Below, piece by piece: positions 40,077 through 48,417 of a DNA stretch of 64,000 bases; within the stretch, counting starts at the first letter, position 1, and every line of letters starts with the position of its first letter. Origin of the DNA: an uncultured Patescibacteria group bacterium (GTDB lineage Bacteria; Patescibacteriota; Microgenomatia; UBA1400; PJMF01). The translations under genes were made by a program, and so were the position numbers. The stretch covers positions 11,523 through 75,522 of the forward strand of contig CAJQIG010000004.1 in assembly GCA_905478415.1 (NCBI GenBank), given 5' to 3'. The notes below the pieces were generated by a model. The model was not told where the DNA came from and made no database searches. It saw nothing but the letters and a program-made list of their open reading frames with translations.

Positions 40077-40985
40077 CTATAGTTGTACTACTTTTTTAAG
40101 CTGTTTGACAATCTCTTCTGGATTCTGAGCAAGATGAACTCCTACCGCTGACAATGCATCAATCTTACTTTTTCGAGTTCCAAATTGAGCATCAACAATT
40201 GCGCCTGCATGTCCAAAAGCTATTCCTTTTGGCAATGTCTCGGCAAAAATGCCTGATATGTAAGCAATAACTGGTTTCGTAAAGTGTCGTGATTTAAGAG
40301 CTGTTGCCAAATCTTCTTCGGCACTGCCCCCAATTTCTCCAATAATTACTAAAGCTTTTGTCTGAACGTCTGCTTCTAATTCTGGAAGGACATCAGCAAA
40401 AGTAGTTCCAATGACTCTGTCTCCTCCAATTCCAGCTACGATTGTTTGTGGAATTTGAGCAGCTGTCAGTAAGGACGCTACGGTATTTGCCATCCCACCA
40501 CTTTTTGAAATGAGGGCCACACCTGGGCTATTAGCTTTAGGAAATAAGAAGTTCTCAAACACACCACCACCTAATGACCCAAGCGCGGTCCCCGTCGTTA
40601 CAACCCCAACTGAGCTTGGTCCCAACATTCGAGCATTTTTTTGTTTAACTAACTCTAACAAATCGACACTATCTCGTGTAGGAACTTGTTCGGCAATAAT
40701 ATGGATAAGGGAAATACCAGCTTTTACAGCTTCGGTAGCAGCTACTTTCACAAACTTGGGTGGCACATAGATACTACTGACAGTAGTATCCGGGTGAGCT
40801 TGCAGTGCCTCTGCAACTGAGTCATAGACAGGAACTCCTTCCACAACTTCACCTCCATGTCCTGGAGAGACTCCAGCAAGAACTTGAGCTCCTCCGAGCT
40901 GCATCCATGTAGCAGCACGTCGCCCCTCTTTCCCCGTAATTCCTTGAATCAAGTACTTAGTCTGGATAGAAAGTGAAAACAGCAT
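40077..40985 (-). CDS. Citryl-CoA synthetase / ATP-citrate lyase CoA-binding (SucD-like) subunit
   Basis: IQGITGKEG, SKSGG, GIGGD, GEIGG, phospho-His FGHAGA. Confidence 0.8.
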   Translation of the reverse strand: MLFSLSIQTKYLIQGITGKEGRRAATWMQLGGAQVLAGVSPGHGGEVVEGVPVYDSVAEALQAHPDTTVSSIYVPPKFVKVAATEAVKAGISLIHIIAEQVPTRDSVDLLELVKQKNARMLGPSSVGVVTTGTALGSLGGGVFENFLFPKANSPGVALISKSGGMANTVASLLTAAQIPQTIVAGIGGDRVIGTTFADVLPELEADVQTKALVIIGEIGGSAEEDLATALKSRHFTKPVIAYISGIFAETLPKGIAFGHAGAIVDAQFGTRKSKIDALSAVGVHLAQNPEEIVKQLKKVVQL

Positions 40986-40986
40986 G

Positions 40987-42177
40987 TTATACCCTCTCCT
41001 TTTGAGAGTGCTGTCGCTTTACCAATGCCGTTTTGAGGGCAGGGATAGTATCAAGAATCGGCACTGTTGGACCAAGCAACGTCACTGCAAATCGAGTAGG
41101 GTCGAGCCTGGTTCTCACCATCTCAAAAGCTTCTTCCCACCGTGGTCCTCCACGACGAATAATCACTGGGAACTGCTGTTCCCAATTAGAAGCAAGTAAT
41201 CCATCAACAACACCCGAGAGCGTCTCAAAAATATCCGTAAAACTAGCATTACTGCCCACTACATAGAGGGCTTCAAGTGTTTGGATTGAAAGGACAAGCT
41301 CTGTGAGTTCCCGAACTTTGTCTCTGCTCGGGTTACCCGAATACTCAGTATAGTTTGCTGGCTGTAGTCCGTGTTCCAATAATCCATCCATTGCTAAAGC
41401 CGATGCCCCGCCACCTGAAGCCAATACACCAATGGTCCCACCAGGAAACTCAAAAAAACTTTCTCCTGCTACGCCCCGTTCATCCTGTCTACTTATAGCT
41501 AGTGCTGCTTGCTCTAAGGGGGTGCGTCTCTTTTCACCAGCAGCCCGTACTAAGCGAGATGCATTCCATTCTGGATGCCTAAAGCGGGCAGCATCTTCTA
41601 ACTCAATTTTGGCATCAAGACAAACATACCCAGAAGAAGTAACTCCTACGGGATTAATTTCAAGCAAGAGCGCATCATTTTCAATGAATGCTTGCCATAT
41701 TTTTTTAACTAATGGTAAAAATTTTGGATTCGCCTCGAATACTGTCGGCCCAGTCACTACTGAAAGCGGTATCTCTTGCAGAGTCGAGCCTCGCTCGTCC
41801 ATGCCCGCACCACCTTCTGATGAATACCTACAAATGAGCGAGCGCAAACTGGTGTCATAGCCAAGGCTTATGTACACTTGACTCTCAAACTCACACTTCT
41901 CTTCAATTAAAAGTTCATCTATTGGGTTCCCGTAGGCGTCTGACTTTGCGAAAAGTTGGGCTGCCTTTTCACTCAACTCTTCTGCAGAATCTGCAAACAA
42001 TATCAAACCAGAGAGACCTCGATTGCCATGTAAAACCTGGGCTTTAAGTACTACTGGGTACGAAAAGGGGACTGCCATGCTCGTAGAAAGATCCTCTTTT
42101 GTGAGTAGCACTCCGGCAGGAGTCAATAACGTGTAAGTTTGAAGTATTTTTTTGGCCTCAAATTCGGTCAATAACAT
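40987..42177 (-). CDS. Citryl-CoA synthetase / ATP-citrate lyase ATP-grasp + citrate-binding subunit
   Basis: VLKAQV, LEINP, LDAK; ACL-type SGGGAS, NYTEYSGNP, ASFTD, RRGGP. Confidence 0.85.
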   Translation of the reverse strand: MLLTEFEAKKILQTYTLLTPAGVLLTKEDLSTSMAVPFSYPVVLKAQVLHGNRGLSGLILFADSAEELSEKAAQLFAKSDAYGNPIDELLIEEKCEFESQVYISLGYDTSLRSLICRYSSEGGAGMDERGSTLQEIPLSVVTGPTVFEANPKFLPLVKKIWQAFIENDALLLEINPVGVTSSGYVCLDAKIELEDAARFRHPEWNASRLVRAAGEKRRTPLEQAALAISRQDERGVAGESFFEFPGGTIGVLASGGGASALAMDGLLEHGLQPANYTEYSGNPSRDKVRELTELVLSIQTLEALYVVGSNASFTDIFETLSGVVDGLLASNWEQQFPVIIRRGGPRWEEAFEMVRTRLDPTRFAVTLLGPTVPILDTIPALKTALVKRQHSQKERV

Positions 42178-42249
42178 AGTCACTATAGTAACATACAACT
42201 CTCTATTCTTTGAGATGAAGGAAAAACTACTTAGTTACAGCTATAGTGG

Positions 42250-42284
42250 CAAAGTATCGATACTTTGGGATATATCCAAAGTAT
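42250..42284. repeat. Overlapping palindromes upstream of the citrate-lyase operon
   Basis: Perfect 18-bp CAAAGTATCGATACTTTG (42250-42267) and ATACTTTGG-N7-CCAAAGTAT (42260-42284). Confidence 0.7.
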
Positions 42285-42412
42285 GAACGAACTTGTGAAC
42301 TTTTTGCAAAGTACACGGGCTTTCGTAAAAGCGGAACTTTTTTCATATTTCAACAAGTGTACAAAAATACTTAATTTCATGCAATGCATATGAACTACAC
42401 ACATTCCTTAAG

Positions 42413-42751
42413 TTACTCAAGCTGGGTTTGCAAACTACCTAAGCGTTCTACAAAAATTGAGAAGTACTCAGAATCAAAAATCATGTTAATAATAGGAATG
42501 TAGTTTATCTGGCGCAGTGTCTCAACTAGGATGGTAATCACCACGTAAGCAATAATGGTACCACCCAACACTACTCCAAAACCTTGCACAATCCCATTAA
42601 GAAGTCTGAAGCGCAAAGACATGGCTCTATCAAGTCGTTGATTCACTCGAATAAGACTTTTTTCTAGACGTTGCAATGTTTCAAGCTCAAGTTTTTCAAC
42701 TTTTTCGAGTGACTCTTTTTTTGGCGAAGTACTCTCTTTAGTGATTGGCAT
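42413..42751 (-). CDS. DUF5665-like small membrane protein
   Basis: LLNGIVQGFGVVLGGTII..IPII pattern. Confidence 0.7.
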   Translation of the reverse strand: MPITKESTSPKKESLEKVEKLELETLQRLEKSLIRVNQRLDRAMSLRFRLLNGIVQGFGVVLGGTIIAYVVITILVETLRQINYIPIINMIFDSEYFSIFVERLGSLQTQLE

Positions 42752-42799
42752 ACTCTTAGTATACACAAGACTAATCAGAGAATGAAGCAGACAAGTAAC

Positions 42800-44788
42800 C
42801 TACCTCTGAGCAACTAAACTAAGCCATGGAGAAACTGATTTTAGATCTCCAAGTTCCTGTAATCCAACATAGAGCATTAATGCATCATGCAACTCTTTTG
42901 ACTGGGCGGTGTCAGCTGCTCCAAATGCCATATACTCACTCGACTCAGACCCAGGCATAAGAATAACTGAAGCTCCAGGTTTTCCACCAGGGCTCATATT
43001 ACCTTTACCCATTGCGTCAAAGTCACTCCACCAGCCTGGAGCTATGAAAATTGGCGCATCTGTTTCTTGGTTTGAAGTGTCAAACTGTGATGAGAACCCT
43101 GAGCCGCGAGAGTGCCCTCCTGCCATAATGCCTGGTTTATAAAGCTCTTGTTGGTACTGTCTAAAGTGACCAAATGATGGCTTCTCACTTGACATATTAT
43201 TACCTAATTTATCGAGTAATAATGCTGTATAGGTTGGTCTATGAAGCATATTTCCAGCTGCACCAAGTGAAATGGCTAAAACCGATTTGTTATGAACAGT
43301 TGGCACCGAAAGACGTTTAGAAAGTTCATGCACCGGATCGAGACCATAACTTGATAATCGATCACCCGAACCAATATCACGTTGCCAAGCAGCCTGCTTT
43401 AGACTTGAGTCTTTCATAAGTAGGAGTAGCTGTTCTTCATAGGGAAGGTGAGCAGCTACAACGTTTTCTAAAACTGAATCTCTGCTACGAGAGCGAGCCG
43501 TTTGTTTATCAACCATGTTTCTCAATATCGCTAAGAAGACGTGAGGATTATCTTTAAGGGTATCTGCTAAGTACCGTTTATATCGTTCGACACCTGCATC
43601 CTTTGATCCAAAACGAACATTCTGTCCAAACTCAACTCTAATTGGCAGTTTTGATTCGATGTCATACCAAACAACATCGCGCAGTGATCCCTCATCAGGT
43701 AAAAATGTTTCTTCTTCTTCAGATATTGTGGGGGATAGTTCTCGTGCAAAACGAACGGTTGGTTTATCCTCAACCTCACTCTGGATCCGTTCTCGAATTT
43801 CATCCGTCATTTGCTGAGATTCTAAGCTGTTGAGCACTTCCATAGCTGTATGGATTACGGCCCCATGCTTATCAGTCATGGTTGGATAGCGAAGTACTCG
43901 ACCATCACTAGCAGAAAAAATTTCTATACTTTGACCACCCTTATCAGCCAGTGGCAATCCTAATTTTTTACCAAATGGATCTTGTGGCAAGTCACCATTA
44001 ACACTTTTAAATGTTCCATTCTGCACTAACACTAATGAAGGATCATCTGATATCACACCCACATGTTTTCTCACCTTTGCTAAGACCGAATCAGGTTGAT
44101 TCTCATTAACAATTCCAGCTCTATGAATATGGGCACTAAATACCGTACCTTCTCTTGTCCCAGCGTCTTGTGCTTGTTGAACCTTTCGCCCAGCATGATT
44201 TGGATCATACTGACTCTTACCTCTGGCACTATGGAATACCTGTACTGGAACAACTTTCCCTGACGCAAACTCAACGTTAATATGCCCACCTTGAGTTACC
44301 AGATTAACATCTAAATCTCGAATAATTTCTTTCCAAGGATCTGCAGTCGATGCATCTTGCACCCAACCATTATGTCCCCAGTAGTCAGTTACCATCCCCA
44401 TCACCCTACCTGCATCTACGAGTGGCTTGAGAACCATGGTTCTGAATAACTCCATTTGTTGCGTGGCTGTACCAACAGTAGAGACAGCGTTTGTCGAAAG
44501 GTACCCTTTTTTTCGCCCCTCAATTTCATCTCCAGTCATGACTACATACACGTCAGGTGTTGACAAAATATATGCTACCAGCTCTTTTACGAGTGTTTGA
44601 TCGGTATTCAGTGATCCAAGGTGTAAATCACCGAGCGAAAATACTTGAATTGGTCTATCATGTTCAATAGCAAAAGAGACACTTGTTGGTGTCTCCGTCT
44701 CCATTATAGCCTCCTGCATAAGGCTGATGGCTGCACTAAGTTTTTCTGCATGCACTTGCTCTCTTCTGTCCCGCTCTTGATGATTCAT
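42800..44788 (-). CDS. Tandem calcineurin-like metallophosphoesterase (intact + degenerate domain)
   Basis: GDLHLG, TGDEIEG, GHNG, FHS, AHIH in N half; aligned degenerate copy in C half; GGAG RBS. Confidence 0.7.
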   Translation of the reverse strand: MNHQERDRREQVHAEKLSAAISLMQEAIMETETPTSVSFAIEHDRPIQVFSLGDLHLGSLNTDQTLVKELVAYILSTPDVYVVMTGDEIEGRKKGYLSTNAVSTVGTATQQMELFRTMVLKPLVDAGRVMGMVTDYWGHNGWVQDASTADPWKEIIRDLDVNLVTQGGHINVEFASGKVVPVQVFHSARGKSQYDPNHAGRKVQQAQDAGTREGTVFSAHIHRAGIVNENQPDSVLAKVRKHVGVISDDPSLVLVQNGTFKSVNGDLPQDPFGKKLGLPLADKGGQSIEIFSASDGRVLRYPTMTDKHGAVIHTAMEVLNSLESQQMTDEIRERIQSEVEDKPTVRFARELSPTISEEEETFLPDEGSLRDVVWYDIESKLPIRVEFGQNVRFGSKDAGVERYKRYLADTLKDNPHVFLAILRNMVDKQTARSRSRDSVLENVVAAHLPYEEQLLLLMKDSSLKQAAWQRDIGSGDRLSSYGLDPVHELSKRLSVPTVHNKSVLAISLGAAGNMLHRPTYTALLLDKLGNNMSSEKPSFGHFRQYQQELYKPGIMAGGHSRGSGFSSQFDTSNQETDAPIFIAPGWWSDFDAMGKGNMSPGGKPGASVILMPGSESSEYMAFGAADTAQSKELHDALMLYVGLQELGDLKSVSPWLSLVAQR

Positions 44789-44826
44789 GCAACTCCTATA
44801 TCTAGTGGTTTATATATGCTTTAGTC

Positions 44827-44855
44827 ACAATACCTAGCATTACAACCACTGTCAA
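44827..44855 (-). promoter_or_regulatory. Sigma70 promoter for the metallophosphoesterase gene
   Basis: TTGACA-17 nt-TATTGT. Confidence 0.65.
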
Positions 44856-44917
44856 TGAGATCTTATATACACATCTAAGTAGTACTTTGTATCAAAAAAG
44901 TACTCAATATACGATGT

Positions 44918-46174
44918 TTAGAACCAAAGGTCCAAGAAAAGGAAGGCTACAATGCCGGCAACAACGGACATACTCATTCCCCATGCCAGCAACCAATTAA
45001 ATAGTCTTTTTTGCTGAGCTTTATCTTCGACTGCTGCTAGTGAAAGCGCCCCCAGTGTCGAAAGTGGACTCACATCCACCATATGAGAACCAACGGCTAC
45101 GGCAATGACCATAGGTATAATCTCGCTAATTCCCATCTTAGTAGCAAGACCCGGTACCAACGGTACAAATGCCGGTAATACTACTCCAGAAGAAGAACTG
45201 TATGCCGAAACGGCTCCACTCACAAAAGCCAACACTGCATTAATAAAATCTGGACTGGTTACAGTAGCGATAAAGGTTGTAGCCAAGTCTAGACCACCAG
45301 TTTTTTCCATTAAATTGATCAAGACTGCAATCCCCGTCACCATTTGAATAGTTGACCAAGGTACTGTCTCAATCACTTCTTCTTCTTCAGCAAGACCTAA
45401 GAAGAACATGCCCACCGCTGTTGATACAGCCATAATCACCAGCGGAACTTCCGCAATAATCACACCAGAAATCAAAAGCATAATCGCAATAAGTGAGATC
45501 TTTTGTTTCTTTTTCAACACTGGTTTCTTGGCTTTAATAGTTACGACTTTAGGCTTGTATCTTCTCTTTCTACTTCTAAATAAGAACAGACCATAAGCAA
45601 GTAAAGCTGAAAGTGACTGCAGTACAGCCGAAGCTCCAAAAACAATCCAGATTAATTGTGTATCAAGTTGAATCTGGTGTAGTAATCCCAAGGCCACGAC
45701 ACCTGTTGGAGAAAAAGGAGAAAAAGCACCAGCGTTCGCTCCAGTACATAACATAATCGCAATAATAAGCGGAGAAATCCCATGTTTTTTAGCTAAGTTC
45801 ATCGTCATTGGTGCAAGGAGTGCTACTGCCGCAATATTACCTGGACCGAGAGCCGAAAGTAAAAAGGACAACGCAAATACTAATAGGGGTAGTAACAATG
45901 CTTTTCCTCGAATCAAATTAATAGCATAGTGAGTCACAACATCGAGCGTGCCATTTTTTTGAGCAATGCCAAAAACCATACTCATACTCACCAGTAGAAT
46001 AAATAACTGAGCAGGAAATCCTGCTAAAATTGTGTTTGTTGAAAAATCAGCAAGATACACTCCAATTCCAAGGGCGGCAGCTAATGCTAACAAGCCGGGA
46101 TTAAGCTTTGGTAAAAAGCAACTTAGAATAACTATTACAAGTAACGCAGAAAGCGAAACAATAGCGGTGAACAT
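44918..46174 (-). CDS. Ion-transporter superfamily (SLC13/MatC-like) di/tricarboxylate permease
   Basis: Many hydrophobic segments, NPGLLALAAA, AQKNGTL, GAFSPFSPTG, SSSSGVVLP, DVSPLSTLGA. Confidence 0.8.
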   Translation of the reverse strand: MFTAIVSLSALLVIVILSCFLPKLNPGLLALAAALGIGVYLADFSTNTILAGFPAQLFILLVSMSMVFGIAQKNGTLDVVTHYAINLIRGKALLLPLLVFALSFLLSALGPGNIAAVALLAPMTMNLAKKHGISPLIIAIMLCTGANAGAFSPFSPTGVVALGLLHQIQLDTQLIWIVFGASAVLQSLSALLAYGLFLFRSRKRRYKPKVVTIKAKKPVLKKKQKISLIAIMLLISGVIIAEVPLVIMAVSTAVGMFFLGLAEEEEVIETVPWSTIQMVTGIAVLINLMEKTGGLDLATTFIATVTSPDFINAVLAFVSGAVSAYSSSSGVVLPAFVPLVPGLATKMGISEIIPMVIAVAVGSHMVDVSPLSTLGALSLAAVEDKAQQKRLFNWLLAWGMSMSVVAGIVAFLFLDLWF

Positions 46175-46299
46175 ACACCTTCTCTCTAACTCACCATTGG
46201 TGAGGATAACAAAGTTCTATTATGCTCCTGCTTGACTAAAAAGACAATATTCACCCTTCAAAAGAGGTGGAGAACCTGCCATTTATTTGAAAAAAATAA

Positions 46300-47169
46300 T
46301 TAAAGAATATCACTCTCTTTTGATATTTTGCTTGAAGATTCAGGTAAAATATAGACATCCTGTCGGTAGTCATTCTCACCTACATACTCTGCTTCACCAC
46401 GAAGAATCTTTTCCATGGGTTTACAAGCAAAACACCCATCACCACTTGGACATGTATAATTTTCCAACTTTCGAACAACCTTTATTTTTTTAGCTATAGC
46501 TAAAATTTCTTCATGGGCTGCTTCTAAGTTTGGTAACTCTTTTGGTGATAAATCATCTGAAAGTCTCAAGTACCAATAACTGGCTCCTGAGACCTTTCTT
46601 TTTTGAGTGTTATGAACTAATAAATGGTAAATGGGCAGCTGCAGGGAACTAGTTGACTCTTCCTTTTTACTGGTCTTGAAATCAATGATGTGCACGCTAT
46701 CTGAGTCGGGTAAATACTCTAACCAATCGATCTTTCCACACAAAATAATTTCGTCTTCTTCTGAAAGCCAGTAGTGAGGTAAATCTTGTCTAATCTTGAC
46801 AGAAAGACGAGCCAATGGACCAGGATTTTTGATAATCCTTCTGAGCATTGTTCTTCCCTGCTCTTTATATGATTCCTCTTCGTCTCGAGAGTGAAAGCCA
46901 CCTTTTTTGCCACTCACCTTTTTCCAAGCAAGCTCATACTTCTGTAGTAAAGAATCTTTAAACCGAGCTTTGGTTGGAATAGTCGAAAGTGACTCAACCA
47001 CTTCATGTACTACTGAACCCAGTGCTAATGCAGGAGCCATCAGCTGGACCTTGTGCCCAGTTTTTGGATCTTTATACACATTCTTTAAAAAATAAGATCG
47101 AGGACATTTTAAAAAATCACTCATGGAAGTATGGGAAACCCACACTGCTTTATATTTATCTCCAGGCAT
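46300..47169 (-). CDS. PD-(D/E)XK nuclease, RecB/Cas4-like, with four Cys
   Basis: SHTS..CPRSY, GSVVH, GKID, IIDFKT, QLPIY, CPSGDGCFAC. Confidence 0.88.
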   Translation of the reverse strand: MPGDKYKAVWVSHTSMSDFLKCPRSYFLKNVYKDPKTGHKVQLMAPALALGSVVHEVVESLSTIPTKARFKDSLLQKYELAWKKVSGKKGGFHSRDEEESYKEQGRTMLRRIIKNPGPLARLSVKIRQDLPHYWLSEEDEIILCGKIDWLEYLPDSDSVHIIDFKTSKKEESTSSLQLPIYHLLVHNTQKRKVSGASYWYLRLSDDLSPKELPNLEAAHEEILAIAKKIKVVRKLENYTCPSGDGCFACKPMEKILRGEAEYVGENDYRQDVYILPESSSKISKESDIL

Positions 47170-47246
47170 GAACGAGAACCTTTCTACAAGTTGTGTTTAG
47201 CAAGAAATCTCATACTATCACGATTTTCTGACACCGTCTGTAAGAA

Positions 47247-47993
47247 TTACTCTTCAACCTGATCAGTAGGAGCAATCTTAATAAGTGAGACAAACGGGTT
47301 TCTTAAGTCGCCAGATAACAGGTAATACTCTGCTGTATCAGCAGCCATAGTAAATGGCACAAATACTTTCATCGTCTGCCCTGGCATAGTTGTTAACTCT
47401 AGCCAGTCGGCTCTCTCAAAGTCTTCTTGTCCTATTCGTATAGCTAGATACGTATCTGCATTCAAATCTAAGACTGGTCCCGTTAATCGGGTGTCAACAG
47501 CTGCTACTTCAGCTACTACCACTCGTTGCTTGAGATACTGTTCGGGAACATCAACTGAAGAAGTAGCCTCAATCACACCCAAGTCATACACAGCAGATAA
47601 CGTAAACGCTATCCCACGATCTTGCCACTCTAAATCAAACGGATAGTGTGTTGTTTCCAGTTGGGTCAAAAAGTTCCCCGAGAGCACTGCATCTAAGAAT
47701 GTTTGCACTTGCACATGAGAAGACTCACTCGCAACCTCATCTACAGTTTCTTCCACCATTGGAACCTCTACTATTGGTGGCATCTTTCTTCTGGTACTAA
47801 AAAGGAACGCAACTATAAAAACACCAAGTCCTAAAATAAGTAACCCGAATCCGAAAACGTACTTCAAAGCAAAAGGTGACTTACTCTCTGCTGCATGACT
47901 CTGAGCAACTGCTGCCAACTCTTCAGCTGATGGTTGTGAAGCAATTCCTCCAGTCTGAGGTATCACTAGTTCTTCTTCAGGTACATCCGTCAT
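47247..47993 (-). CDS. Hypothetical single-pass membrane protein
   Basis: 248-aa ORF, TM ~aa 45-65, beta-rich C-terminal region. Confidence 0.7.
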   Translation of the reverse strand: MTDVPEEELVIPQTGGIASQPSAEELAAVAQSHAAESKSPFALKYVFGFGLLILGLGVFIVAFLFSTRRKMPPIVEVPMVEETVDEVASESSHVQVQTFLDAVLSGNFLTQLETTHYPFDLEWQDRGIAFTLSAVYDLGVIEATSSVDVPEQYLKQRVVVAEVAAVDTRLTGPVLDLNADTYLAIRIGQEDFERADWLELTTMPGQTMKVFVPFTMAADTAEYYLLSGDLRNPFVSLIKIAPTDQVEE

Positions 47994-48007
47994 AGGTCCC
48001 TTTACCC

Positions 48008-48409
48008 TTATTTTTTATCAAAATAATTCTTCCGCTTTTTTTCAAGCATTTGCTCATACTGTGTTTTTTTATCTTTAAACTTTACCAGTAACTCTTCCAA
48101 TTCCTTTTCTGAAAGATTCTCAATATCGAGCATCTTCATACTACTGCCCTTGAGTCCCTTCAGTAGTTCATCAAGCTTGAGATGAATAGCTTTTGAGTCT
48201 CGGTTCTGAGTATTCTGAATAAGAAACACCATCAAAAATGTCACAATTGTGGTAGTAGTATTAATAAAAAGCTGCCAAGTTTGTGAGTATCCAAACAGTG
48301 AGCCAGAGCTCGCCCAGATAATCACAATGGAACAAGCGGTCAAAAATGCCCAAACCGATCCACTTATTTTAGAAATTTTCGAGGCGATACGTCCAAATAC
48401 TTCATTCAT
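48008..48409 (-). CDS. Low-affinity iron permease (Fet4-like) family protein
   Basis: WQLFINTTTTIVTFLMVFLIQNTQNRDSKAIHLKLDEL; start 48409 (AAGGA RBS) or 48421. Confidence 0.9.
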   Translation of the reverse strand: MNEVFGRIASKISKISGSVWAFLTACSIVIIWASSGSLFGYSQTWQLFINTTTTIVTFLMVFLIQNTQNRDSKAIHLKLDELLKGLKGSSMKMLDIENLSEKELEELLVKFKDKKTQYEQMLEKKRKNYFDKK

Positions 48410-48417
48410 ATGTTCCT

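Noticed and set aside
39299-42177. sucCD + citrate synthase (oxidative TCA)
   Set aside because: Large subunit has ACL citrate-binding motifs, and the third gene is too short for citrate synthase.
42178-47169. CRISPR-Cas locus (Cas4-like gene, palindromic repeats)
   Set aside because: No regularly spaced repeats with spacers and no cas1/cas2 or effector genes.
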